Part shown: piece by piece, positions 8,810 through 18,345 of the stretch
Layout of the letters: each line of letters opens with the position of its first letter
How positions within the stretch are numbered: the first letter of the stretch is position 1
Origin: a bacterium
GTDB taxonomy: Bacteria > Elusimicrobiota > JBDRMW01 > JBDROU01
Assembly: GCA_043809745.1 (NCBI GenBank)
Contig: JBDROU010000073.1
Location: 7,969-71,968, forward strand
Direction of reading: 5' to 3'
Length of the DNA stretch: 64,000 nucleotides
The notes under the pieces: model-generated
Seen by the model: the letters and a program-made list of their open reading frames with translations, nothing else
What the model was told of the DNA's origin: nothing
The model's database searches: none
Position numbers and translations under genes: made by a program

Positions 8810-11365
8810 ATTATGATTAAAAAATACTTAAATATAGCCGGGATTATAATCAGTATAGTGTTTTTTGCTGCGGCAATTGTATTGCTGCACAAGGAATTGA
8901 GAGGATATCAATATCAGGATATTATTAACAGTATACGGACTGCTTCTTTTTCCCATATTTGCCTTGCTTGTATTTTTACCGTACTGAGTTTCTATTTTAT
9001 GACACTTTATGAAGTATTTGCCTTTCGTTCTATAGATCATCCATTGCCGTTTAAGAAAATCGGGTTTACTTCATTTATTGCGAATGCATTCAGCCATGTG
9101 GTTGGATTTGCCGTGGTTACCGGATCACTAATCCGTTTCAGACAGTATTCTGCATGGGGATTATCTCTTGTTGAAATCGGCAATATTATGGTTGTAAGAT
9201 CAGTATCATTTTGGATGGGGTTTTTCTTAGTATGCGGTTTGCTTTTCACGTTTAATTATAAAGAAGTTTCAGCTATTCCGTATCTGAATCTCCGCACAGC
9301 TGTCTTGATCGGAATTATCTGCCTCCTGCTTGTTATTGGATATCTTATATGGAATAGATATAAGCGGAACATAATCCTTAAAAACATAACAATAAAACTT
9401 CCTGATGTCCAATTCTCGCTTATTCAAATTCTTCTTTCTGCTGTTGATTGGTTTTTGCTTGGATGCGTGTTGTATGTGCTGATGCCTCATTCCATGAAAG
9501 CATCATACGCGCAATTTTTTACTATATTTTTTGTAGCGCAGATCGGTGGTTTTGTCAGCAATGTTCCCGGGGGGCTCGGTGTATTTGAATTGATCATTAT
9601 TTCTTATTTTTCTTCGCAGATACCGGCATCGGATCTTTTAGGGTCATTGGTACTCTACCGTTTTGTGTATTATCTCCTGCCTCTCTGCGCGGCAATGCTT
9701 ATGCTGGGCGCATATGAGGCAAGAATACTGAAGGGTTTTACGAAACGAGCTGTCGCATATTTCGGCGAATTGGCACCAGCATTTATTTCACCGGTATTTT
9801 CTGTATCAGTATTTATAGCAGGATCAATTTTGCTTTTTTCAAGCGCAACACCAACACTCCCCTGGCGTCTGACATTCCTCACGCATTTGCTCCCGCTTCC
9901 GTTTCTTGAGCTCTCCCATTTCACGGGCAGTATTATAGGAATGGGGCTTATGATTCTTGCGCGAGGCCTTTATTACCGATTAAACGGTTCATACATTCTT
10001 TCACTGGTGCTGCTCGGCACGGGAATCCTGGCATCGCTCATGAAAGGGGTTGATTATGAAGAAGCTGTTTTTCTTTCATTGGTGCTCATTGCTTTGATAC
10101 CGAGTCGAAGATATTTTTACCGGGAATCGTCGCTCATTGATGAGAAATTCACTGTAGGATGGATTGCCGCAATAAGTGTTGTGGTAGCCAGTTCAATATG
10201 GCTCGGTTTGTTTTCTTACAAGCATGTTGAATATGCGCATACGCTCTGGTGGGAATTCAGCTTCAGCGCTGATGCATCCCGTTTTCTGCGAGGGAGTGTC
10301 GGTGCGGTGAGTGCTGCACTTGTATTTGGCCTGCTGAAATTATTTCGTCCTCCAGCATATGTTCCACTCCGGCCCACAGAGCAGGAATTACAAAAAGCGT
10401 TTGTTGTTGCGCAGACATTCCCTTATACGTATGCCCAGCTTGCGTGTTTGGGTGATAAGGAACTCCTCTTTAATGATAAAGGGGATTCATTTATCATGTT
10501 CAGTATCGAAGGCAGATCGTGGATCAGTATGGGAGATCCCGTTGGTCCAGAAACCGGGATTGGTGAGCTTCTATGGAATTTTGTCGAGCGATGCGATCAG
10601 CATAACGCATGGCCTATTTTTTATGAAATATCAGAAAAAACTATCCATTACTATCTGGATATGGGCATAAATTGTGTTAAATTGGGAGAGGAAGCGCGGG
10701 TTTCAGTGGACTCATTCGCTATTCAGGATAGCGCGCATAAATCGCTCCGTCATTCAGTAAATCGAATTGAAAAAGACGGGTATGTGTTTGATGTCGTTCA
10801 ACCTTATCAGGACAAAATGTTCTATGACTCATTGCAGAAAGTTTCAGATGAATGGCTGCGGAGCAGAAAGACAAGGGAAAAAGGATTCTCACTGGGGTTT
10901 TTTAATCGGGAATATCTGAGACGGCATTCTATCGGGATTGTTCAGAAAGAAGGAATTATTGCAGCCTTTTCAAATATATGGCTCGGCGCGGAAAAAGAAG
11001 AATTTTCTGTAGATCTTATGAGACAGGTGCATGACGCACCGAATGGTATGATGGATTATCTTTTTGTTCAGCTTTTACTCTGGGGCAAGGAACAAGGATT
11101 CAGATGGTTTAATTTAGGCATGGCGCCTCTATCAGGGTTGGAAAACCGGCCCCTGGCTCCTTTATGGAATAAAATAGGCACCTTTGTTTTCCGGCATGGA
11201 GAGCATTTTTATAATTTCCAGGGGCTGCGCGCTTATAAGGAAAAGTTTAATCCCGTGTGGAAGCCAAAATACCTCGCCTCTCCTGGGGGATTGGCGTTAG
11301 CCCGTGTCTTTGCCGATCTTGCGGTGCTTGTATCGGGTGGGGTGAAAGGGGTTATTGCCAGATAA
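8810..11365 (+). CDS. mprF: MprF-like bifunctional aminoacyl-phosphatidylglycerol flippase/synthase
   Basis: About 850 aa: polytopic N-terminal membrane domain (about 14 TM helices) plus a roughly 330-aa soluble C-terminal domain. The ATG at 8810 (MIKKYL) with AAGG upstream is preferred over the 8753 ORF start. Confidence 0.6.
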   Translation: MMIKKYLNIAGIIISIVFFAAAIVLLHKELRGYQYQDIINSIRTASFSHICLACIFTVLSFYFMTLYEVFAFRSIDHPLPFKKIGFTSFIANAFSHVVGFAVVTGSLIRFRQYSAWGLSLVEIGNIMVVRSVSFWMGFFLVCGLLFTFNYKEVSAIPYLNLRTAVLIGIICLLLVIGYLIWNRYKRNIILKNITIKLPDVQFSLIQILLSAVDWFLLGCVLYVLMPHSMKASYAQFFTIFFVAQIGGFVSNVPGGLGVFELIIISYFSSQIPASDLLGSLVLYRFVYYLLPLCAAMLMLGAYEARILKGFTKRAVAYFGELAPAFISPVFSVSVFIAGSILLFSSATPTLPWRLTFLTHLLPLPFLELSHFTGSIIGMGLMILARGLYYRLNGSYILSLVLLGTGILASLMKGVDYEEAVFLSLVLIALIPSRRYFYRESSLIDEKFTVGWIAAISVVVASSIWLGLFSYKHVEYAHTLWWEFSFSADASRFLRGSVGAVSAALVFGLLKLFRPPAYVPLRPTEQELQKAFVVAQTFPYTYAQLACLGDKELLFNDKGDSFIMFSIEGRSWISMGDPVGPETGIGELLWNFVERCDQHNAWPIFYEISEKTIHYYLDMGINCVKLGEEARVSVDSFAIQDSAHKSLRHSVNRIEKDGYVFDVVQPYQDKMFYDSLQKVSDEWLRSRKTREKGFSLGFFNREYLRRHSIGIVQKEGIIAAFSNIWLGAEKEEFSVDLMRQVHDAPNGMMDYLFVQLLLWGKEQGFRWFNLGMAPLSGLENRPLAPLWNKIGTFVFRHGEHFYNFQGLRAYKEKFNPVWKPKYLASPGGLALARVFADLAVLVSGGVKGVIAR

Positions 11366-11420
11366 ATATGTTTACGCAGTAGAAAACAATATTAAGAAAA
11401 AATAATTTGGCAAAATAATA

Positions 11421-12179
11421 ATGTTTAAATTAAAAAGTATTAAGACACAATTAATCTTATTCTTGATGATCTTTGCGCTGTATCTTTTCATTAAGGACAA
11501 TGATTTTTCGTTTTTGAGCGCGACCTTGGTTGCGGTTGTCGGTGCATTGATAGTTGAATCTATGATTATTTATTTTAAAACGAAAAAATTTACTGTAACT
11601 GAAAGTTCGATTATTACCGGTTTTATTGTTGGATATGTGCTTTCAGCAGATGAGGCATGGTGGGTATTCGCGGTTAGTTCAGCAGTTGCTATTGGCTCGA
11701 AATATTTGATTCGATTCCGAAAAAAGCATATATTTAATCCCTCGGCCTTTGGAATATTATCCGTGATCATGTTATTCGGTGTGTCTACGCAGTGGAAAGG
11801 AACATACGCATGGTATGCGCTGATTCCCTGGGGATTATATGCGGCATATAGAATCAGAAAACTGGAAATACTTACCGGCTATGCTGCTGTTGCCCTGATA
11901 TTGTTTGGTTTTCAAGCATTTTTGCAAGGAGGTGGATTATGGCATATTTTCGGATATTTTAGCTATTTTTTAATCTCTATCATGATAATTGAGCCCAAAA
12001 CGGCTCCTATAACGCCAGCTGGAAAGTATCTTTTTGGTGCAGGTATTTCAGCGCTTATTTTCATATTTACAGAACTCGGAACAAGTTATGATGTTGAGTT
12101 AATGAGCCTATTGATTATGAATGCCGCTATACTGCTATTTGGTAGAAAACATATATTGAAAAAGGAGGTAGTGCAATGA
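11421..12179 (+). CDS. Hypothetical polytopic integral membrane protein
   Basis: Six to seven hydrophobic helices, no recognisable catalytic motif. Translationally coupled to the next small gene. Confidence 0.45.
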   Translation: MFKLKSIKTQLILFLMIFALYLFIKDNDFSFLSATLVAVVGALIVESMIIYFKTKKFTVTESSIITGFIVGYVLSADEAWWVFAVSSAVAIGSKYLIRFRKKHIFNPSAFGILSVIMLFGVSTQWKGTYAWYALIPWGLYAAYRIRKLEILTGYAAVALILFGFQAFLQGGGLWHIFGYFSYFLISIMIIEPKTAPITPAGKYLFGAGISALIFIFTELGTSYDVELMSLLIMNAAILLFGRKHILKKEVVQ

Positions 12180-12556
12180 AAAAGATGTTAGGTTTATCAA
12201 TGGTTTTTAGTTTCTTATTTGTGGTCGTTTCACAGTTGCAGGCGCATCCGCCGTCCGATATCAAAATCACTTTTGATACGGAAACAAAAATGCTTGATGC
12301 GGTCATTTCCCATGCTGTGAGCAATCCGATCAAACATTTCATCAAGAAGGTAGATGTGGGTTTGAATGGAATGGAGATAATTTCACAGAGCATTTCGCGG
12401 GAGGACAATAATGATACTCAGACGGTGCGTTATCTTATTCCTGATGCTAAAGTCGGTGATGAAATCAGCGTTGAAGGATATTGCAGCATTAGCGGCAAAC
12501 TAACAAAAAAAATTACGGTGCAGAGTAAAAAGGCAAAAGCGGACAGCAATAAATAG
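12176..12556 (+). CDS. Small secreted protein (signal peptide), unknown function
   Basis: RBS AAGGAGG 9 nt upstream. N-terminal signal peptide MKKMLGLSMVFSFLFVVVSQLQA|HPP. Start codon overlaps the stop of the upstream membrane-protein gene. Confidence 0.45.
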   Translation: MKKMLGLSMVFSFLFVVVSQLQAHPPSDIKITFDTETKMLDAVISHAVSNPIKHFIKKVDVGLNGMEIISQSISREDNNDTQTVRYLIPDAKVGDEISVEGYCSISGKLTKKITVQSKKAKADSNK

Positions 12557-12750
12557 TATCAAGCCTATGAAATATTCTGCCGGCATAATATGCTGAATAT
12601 TTATGGGATGTTCCGGATGAAGGAATCATAAGAGCTTAACACAGGGTTCAAGGACTAACCTTTGAATGATCTGAAAGAAGGATTTTCATCCATGGGTGAA
12701 ATATTTGATTAGTTTATGATAATTGTTAATTTATAGCATATTATCTTAAA

Positions 12751-14220
12751 ATGAAAAAATACTTTTTAATAATTCCATTTCTTATTTTTCAATTTGTTGA
12801 GAAAATTTGCTCCCAATTATTAATTCCTGCAGGTGTTGTTGAAACCGGACAGGCAGCAGTAGTTCTTTTTGATCCCTCGGTTTGGTCAGACAACCCGGAT
12901 AGAATTGTTGAAGGGATAAACGGGGAGCGGATTAGAGCGAACGAAATTTATGAGCAATGGAAGAACCCTGCAATTGTAGTTTATGGCGGTTCTGCGGTAC
13001 CGAGAGGACATAAATATTATGAATTGAGCATTGAAACAGGTAAGGTTATCTGGAACAGCGGATTTTCAATTCGTTCGGGTGCAGGTCCGGGCATTATGGA
13101 GGGATGTTCGATAGGAGCCAATGAGGCTAGAGGAAAGAGGCATCCTTCGAATGATGTTGACATTCAGGGTATTAGGATACAACTGCCTTTTGAGCAAAAG
13201 ACCAATCGCTATGTGGATGTTGTTGAGTATTATAATTATATGATTACACGAAAACTTGCTTTGAGCTTAAATACTAAAGGTGCTGTGTTTTTCCCCGGAG
13301 GGCCCGGTACATTCGATGAATTTTTTGAAGAGTGGCGCCGGAATGGTTTATTTGTGCTTATGGGGAGTGATTTTTGGATACCGTTTGTTAATGCGCTGTC
13401 AAATAGTCTAAAAAGTGCAGAGATATACGTTGGAGAATTTCCCAAAATAACGGATTCTCCTGAAGAGGCAATCAATTACATTAAAAAGAAATCAGAAAAG
13501 AAAAGAGTTACCCATTACGATAAAAAGCGGATTATAAGAATAAACAAAGAATTTACAGAAGATATGCAGCAATTAAGCCGTTTATCACCGGCTATTACAT
13601 TTCTTGGTAATCCTAAAAATAACCATCCGGCACTCAAAAATTTAGAAGATTTAATATATATGTTATTGGATAGTAGAATGCCGGTTCGTACAGGGAGTAA
13701 AGGTGCCTTATTTGAAACTGTTAGTCATTGTATTCGGGATGCTGATGATCTTCACTCGTTGCAAATTGCTATGATGGCATCTCCTAAAAGAAGGAGAATG
13801 ATGGTAAAGAAAGAGGTCCTTAATTATTTATTTCCCACCAGTGATGTCAATCATCGAGTTCTGCTGGTAGAGAATTCAAAGGCTTTTATCTTTATACCTG
13901 GCGGGATTGAAACAATGTGCCAGCTTTTCGATTTTCTTGATTTAATGAAATGTGAGAAAATACAGGATCGTCCTATTATACTTATGGACAGAAGCTTTTG
14001 GCAGCCGATTGTTGACGCCTTGAATGATATAGCGAACAACCCCAATTTCCCAGTAATCGAACCTCAACATCTCGAATCTATTCATGTTGCAGATACAGCA
14101 AATGAAGTATTTAACATATTAATTGCAAAAGGGGTGGTGCCCTCAACTAAATTTGCTGCAAATATCAATATTAATAGAATATCGTTAAGAAAGGATGCTG
14201 TAATATCAAATAGTAATTAA
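12751..14220 (+). CDS. Tandem LOG-family (TIGR00730 Rossmann-fold nucleotide-binding) protein: intact N-terminal LOG domain plus degenerate C-terminal LOG-like domain
   Basis: Domain 1 carries both LOG signatures (SGAGPGIMEGCSIGA like GGGxxGLMGA; FFPGGPGTFDEFFEEW like PGGxGTxEE) and the MxxRK element. Domain 2 keeps the fold register (VRTGSKGALFETV; IFIPGGIETMCQLFDFL) but has substituted motif residues. Confidence 0.7.
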   Translation: MKKYFLIIPFLIFQFVEKICSQLLIPAGVVETGQAAVVLFDPSVWSDNPDRIVEGINGERIRANEIYEQWKNPAIVVYGGSAVPRGHKYYELSIETGKVIWNSGFSIRSGAGPGIMEGCSIGANEARGKRHPSNDVDIQGIRIQLPFEQKTNRYVDVVEYYNYMITRKLALSLNTKGAVFFPGGPGTFDEFFEEWRRNGLFVLMGSDFWIPFVNALSNSLKSAEIYVGEFPKITDSPEEAINYIKKKSEKKRVTHYDKKRIIRINKEFTEDMQQLSRLSPAITFLGNPKNNHPALKNLEDLIYMLLDSRMPVRTGSKGALFETVSHCIRDADDLHSLQIAMMASPKRRRMMVKKEVLNYLFPTSDVNHRVLLVENSKAFIFIPGGIETMCQLFDFLDLMKCEKIQDRPIILMDRSFWQPIVDALNDIANNPNFPVIEPQHLESIHVADTANEVFNILIAKGVVPSTKFAANININRISLRKDAVISNSN

Positions 14221-14324
14221 AGTAAAGGAAGTCTCAAGTATTGGAAAATGAAATGGTGTATTGTCAGAGTTGTCTAAAGAAATTCCATATCCGAGATCAG
14301 ATCTGGGGAGTATCATTACATTAG

Positions 14325-16115
14325 ATGAAAAATATTGTCTGTCCGATAGCTGTTTTTCTGTTATTCTGCTCTGCGCCAAATCCGTTGACCTTCGCCGGCA
14401 ATATAACATTGTGCTATCACCAATTTGATTATTCATTGCATTCACTGTATTCAGTCTTGCCTGAGGTTTTTGAATGGCAGCTTTCATATATCCAAAGCAA
14501 AAAAATACCGTTTGCATCGCTTTCTGATATGATGAGGCGGTATTCATGGCTGCCTCAAAAAGAAAAAACGGATGTTTGTATCACTGTAGATGATGGCTGG
14601 CGAGATTTCATGAATGTGACTCCTATTTTACAGCAAAAAAGAATCCCTGCAACATTATTTCTTTACCCTGCTGTTATTAATAAAAGTAAAGATTATCTTA
14701 ACTTGGATGAGTTATCAGTGCTTAAAAAGCAGAAACTGGTCGATTTTGGATGCCACAGTTATACCCATGCGCTGTTAAAGAGAAAAGATGAGGTATTTCT
14801 GAAGCGGGAGATTGTTGATTCAAAAAAGGAGCTGGAAAAGACATTAGGGAGGAAAATGCAGGCGTTCGCCTATCCCTATGGTGTTACATCAGAAAAAGCG
14901 GTTGCGCTTGTAAAAAAGCAGTATAAAGTTGCATTTAAGATAAATCCGGAGCCGAATAACCGTAAAACTGATAAATACTTGATTAACAGATATACCGTAT
15001 TTAAAAACACGACATTTGGGGAGTTCAAAAGTTATATTGATGCTCTTGACGGTAGTACAACGCGGGAGACATTTGCAGTTGAAAGCCTGGGGATTGTGAA
15101 AGACGAAAAGCGCGGATTTCAGTATGCACGTATTAGGCTGCACAAGTATGCACCGCAGAAAATAATGAAGACAGTGCTTATTATGCCGAATTCGTCTTTA
15201 GGCCCCGGATGGGCATATAAAATAATACCTATGCTTATTCAAGAGAATTGTGAAGTATATGTCATGGAGTACAGATCTGCCAATATTCCATTTTACCGTA
15301 CTGATTATACACTGGCTCTTATTCAATCCTGGGGTTTGCAGACGTATGTCGATGATACAACTCTACTGTTTGATACGCTTCTAAAGAGAAGGAAAAAAAT
15401 TACAGTCATTACCTGGGGGGATGGATTTGATATAATGACGGCTGTATATAAGTCTGATCAAAAATACAAACAGTTCGTTGAAAGAATTATCGCAGTAAAT
15501 CCGTCTATACTTGAAAAGAATCAGTTCGGAAAAACTTACGCTGAACAGCTTGCATATTATAACAAACTGATTTCTCAAAAGAAGCATGCATCACCGACAT
15601 TTGATTCTTTCCTTGAGGTAAAGACGCTTTGTGATCTGGCTATTCTGCGGCCAAATGATGCAAGCCCGTTTGCCCACAAATATAAATCCGATAATATTAC
15701 GAATGAGATGCTCCTTGAAAGAGTATTCGAGCAGCAAGATTATCCTGTGCTTGCAATACGAAGAAATGTATCTGAATATTCATCACAGGATTTCAGGGAT
15801 GCTTTCTTTCAAAAACTCCCTTTATTTAGTATGATTGTGCCAACAGTGCTGAGGCGGGATATATGTAAGGGTTTTACTCGCAGGTATCAAGTAGCTGTAA
15901 AGGGGGCAGATAGCAAACTTGGGCTTACTGCCGATTTGCTTTGTTCAAAGACGTTCAATCCAAATGGTATACGGATACAAACGGTACTATTAGATAAGAA
16001 GATCTGCAATATTCATAATTTGCAGAATTTGTCTACAATTGAGATTCTGCTTTCGAATAAGGGAAATGGGATTATAAGGGATATAGTCAAAAATGCTGGG
16101 ATCTCAAATAAATGA
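14325..16115 (+). CDS. Secreted polysaccharide deacetylase (NodB homology domain) with about 350-aa C-terminal extension of unknown function
   Basis: Signal peptide. NodB motif 1 CITVDDGWRD and motif 2 HSYTHALL. No recognisable motifs in the C-terminal half. Confidence 0.65.
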   Translation: MKNIVCPIAVFLLFCSAPNPLTFAGNITLCYHQFDYSLHSLYSVLPEVFEWQLSYIQSKKIPFASLSDMMRRYSWLPQKEKTDVCITVDDGWRDFMNVTPILQQKRIPATLFLYPAVINKSKDYLNLDELSVLKKQKLVDFGCHSYTHALLKRKDEVFLKREIVDSKKELEKTLGRKMQAFAYPYGVTSEKAVALVKKQYKVAFKINPEPNNRKTDKYLINRYTVFKNTTFGEFKSYIDALDGSTTRETFAVESLGIVKDEKRGFQYARIRLHKYAPQKIMKTVLIMPNSSLGPGWAYKIIPMLIQENCEVYVMEYRSANIPFYRTDYTLALIQSWGLQTYVDDTTLLFDTLLKRRKKITVITWGDGFDIMTAVYKSDQKYKQFVERIIAVNPSILEKNQFGKTYAEQLAYYNKLISQKKHASPTFDSFLEVKTLCDLAILRPNDASPFAHKYKSDNITNEMLLERVFEQQDYPVLAIRRNVSEYSSQDFRDAFFQKLPLFSMIVPTVLRRDICKGFTRRYQVAVKGADSKLGLTADLLCSKTFNPNGIRIQTVLLDKKICNIHNLQNLSTIEILLSNKGNGIIRDIVKNAGISNK

Positions 16116-16171
16116 AAATGGGAAAGTAATATGGATGTTCGAGAAGTAAAAAATAAATAGGGAGGTGCAGC

Positions 16172-16636
16172 ATGAAGTTAATTAGCATGTTGGTGTTAGG
16201 TTGTTTGGTGGCATCCTTAGCGGGTTACCAAGTGATGGCACAGGAGCACAAAGACGGTATGATGGGGCAGGAAATGATGCAGGATAAAGAGATGGTAAAA
16301 GACATGGATAAAGACATGGGAAAAAAGATGGGAAAAGACATGAAAATGGGCAGGGATAAGTCTATGCATAAAGGGGAAGGCAAGATGATGGGGAAGTGTC
16401 CTATGCATGAAAAAATGATGAAAATGATGATGGAAAGGGAACTAATTGCAACCAGCGATGGAGGGGTTGTCTTGATGATGGGTAATAAACTTTTGAAATA
16501 TGATAAAAATTTGAATTTGAAGAAAGAAATAGAGCTCAAAATGGATATGGAAAGCATGCGTGAAATGAAAGAGCAGATGAAAGAAAATTGCCCAATGAAT
16601 AAAAAAATGATGGATCAAAATATTGAAGAAAAGTAG
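16172..16636 (+). CDS. Methionine-rich secreted protein (putative periplasmic Cu(I)/Ag(I)-binding protein)
   Basis: Strong RBS GGGAGG. Signal peptide MKLISMLVLGCLVASLAGYQVMA. Mature part dominated by MxxM/DM/KM repeats plus CPMHEKMMKMMM and CPMNKKMM motifs. Codon-level repeats (gataaagacatgg-type). Confidence 0.6.
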   Translation: MKLISMLVLGCLVASLAGYQVMAQEHKDGMMGQEMMQDKEMVKDMDKDMGKKMGKDMKMGRDKSMHKGEGKMMGKCPMHEKMMKMMMERELIATSDGGVVLMMGNKLLKYDKNLNLKKEIELKMDMESMREMKEQMKENCPMNKKMMDQNIEEK

Positions 16637-16976
16637 AGAGTTGCGAATACTGTGCACGCATATCGAATTCCTTTATTGAAGCGATAAACCCAAAGTGCTT
16701 GATACATATTAATCATTCCATTCAAAAATGAAAAAAATTTTTAATGCACATTTGTTTTCAGTTCATTTTCTTTTCTATAAGTTGTATTTTGATTGTGGCA
16801 GGACTATCAAAAAAGTTGGTCAAGTTTAACTAAATTAGATACTAGTGCTGGTTTAATCCCATCCGAATAGTATTATTAGAATCGTTAAATCAAAAATTCA
16901 CACCGGTCATATTAACCAAAAAAGCTATATTTTATATCTTAAAATCAGGTAATAATAATTTACGTAAAAATATTAC

Positions 16977-17005
16977 TTGACAAATTAATAGTTATGATAT
17001 ATACT
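16977..17005 (+). promoter_or_regulatory. Near-consensus sigma70 promoter (TTGACA-17-TATACT) with an inverted repeat AATAGT-N10-ACTATT overlapping the -10; putative MarR autoregulatory operator
   Basis: ttgaca at 16977-16982, 17-nt spacer, tatact at 17000-17005. About 45 nt upstream of the marR-like start, inside a roughly 420-bp AT-rich intergenic region. Confidence 0.55.
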
Positions 17006-17053
17006 ATTTATAAGTAAACAATATGTGCGAAGCATCCTGAGGAGGATTCTTTT

Positions 17054-17485
17054 ATGAGTTCACGTAAAATTGAAACTGCGAACAAGAGTATTTTGGAAAT
17101 TATTAAAGCATCGAATAACTTGTTAAAAATTGGCGATCAATTTTTCAAACCATTTAATATAACAGCAACTCAATATAATGTGCTTGTTATTTTGAAAGAG
17201 AACAAAAAGAAAATCAGCCAGCAAGAGCTCGGTTCGCAACTTGTTGTCACGCGTTCCGATATTACAGGAATAGTTGATCGGCTTGAGAAATATGGATATG
17301 TTAAGAGAGTTCCTCATAATAGTGACAGAAGAATAAAACTGCTTGAAATCACCAACAAGGGAAATGATTTAATTAATTTAGTAGAGCCCCAATATTTTGA
17401 AAAAGTGAATAAGATAATAAAGGCTTTAAGTATTGAGGAGTTGGAAAATATAACATTTGCATTGAAACGATTCCAACTTACCTAA
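17054..17485 (+). CDS. MarR-family winged-helix transcriptional regulator
   Basis: 143 aa. Central wHTH (ISQQELGSQLVVTRSDITGIVDRLEKYGYVKR) typical of MarR. RBS GAGGAGG. Confidence 0.8.
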   Translation: MSSRKIETANKSILEIIKASNNLLKIGDQFFKPFNITATQYNVLVILKENKKKISQQELGSQLVVTRSDITGIVDRLEKYGYVKRVPHNSDRRIKLLEITNKGNDLINLVEPQYFEKVNKIIKALSIEELENITFALKRFQLT

Positions 17486-18345
17486 TGGGTGACCATATGA
17501 TATTCATTTTTAGGCAGATTATAATATTGCCTCTCATAATTATAAGCTTCTATAAACTCGTATATGCATCAGATCTAGATTTACATAAAATAAAGATTAC
17601 CTATATAGGACATGCCACTACAGTTATCGAGTATAGAAACAGATTAATCTTGACAGATCCGTTTTTTAAGGATAAATTGTTTCTCCAAAAAAGGAAAATA
17701 CTTCCCGCTTTATTTGTTGAAGAACTGCCTAAAATAGACATAATTCTCATTAGTCACACCCACCCTGATCATTTTGACCTAAGCGCAATAAAAGCATTGA
17801 AAAATAAGCCAATTGTGGTTATGCCATGGAATAGGGGCAAAGAGTTGAAAAACGCGGGATTTACTGTTGTAGAATTAGAACCGTATAGGTGCTATACCTA
17901 TAACCAGTATACCATCACTGCGGTTCCTGCTAAACATATGTTTGGAAATTGTTTAGGATATATCATATCAACACCAGATGCGGTGATTTACTTTCCCGGA
18001 GATACAGATTTGTTTAAAGGAATCGATAAATTAAAGGATTATAAAATAGATGTTATGCTCATGCCATTTGCAGGTACCCCTATTGTTGGTTCTATTTGGA
18101 CGAGCAGGCGAGCAGTAAAAGTCGTTGAGATGCTTAAACCTAAAACTGTTATACCGATCCACTGGGGCACATTTGTGAGATTGTGGACTCCAAAGGAACC
18201 GCCGACTCCTTATGCTTTTAGTGCTGATATGAAGGAGCAGATTCCGGAATGCAGTTGTGCAATCTTGCAAGTTGGCGAAGCATTTGAAACAACTCATATT
18301 GTCAGTCAAATAATTATTGATGGAGATAATAATAATAATGATTAA
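17485..18345 (+). CDS. MBL-fold metallo-hydrolase
   Basis: HxHxDH motif in ILISHTHPDHFD. N-terminal signal/anchor. Start overlaps the marR stop (TAATG). Confidence 0.7.
   Translation: MGDHMIFIFRQIIILPLIIISFYKLVYASDLDLHKIKITYIGHATTVIEYRNRLILTDPFFKDKLFLQKRKILPALFVEELPKIDIILISHTHPDHFDLSAIKALKNKPIVVMPWNRGKELKNAGFTVVELEPYRCYTYNQYTITAVPAKHMFGNCLGYIISTPDAVIYFPGDTDLFKGIDKLKDYKIDVMLMPFAGTPIVGSIWTSRRAVKVVEMLKPKTVIPIHWGTFVRLWTPKEPPTPYAFSADMKEQIPECSCAILQVGEAFETTHIVSQIIIDGDNNNND

Noticed and set aside
12751-14220. Possibility that the tandem-LOG protein is a PpnN (YgdH)-type nucleotide nucleosidase
   Set aside because: PpnN has the LOG domain in the centre, flanked by DUF4478 and DUF3412. Here the intact LOG domain is N-terminal and the rest is a degenerate LOG copy, so the architecture differs.
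16217-16657. Several 60-110-aa ORFs antisense to, or out of frame with, the Met-rich gene
   Set aside because: Products of the repetitive ATG/AAG codon pattern on the opposite strand. No independent start signals.
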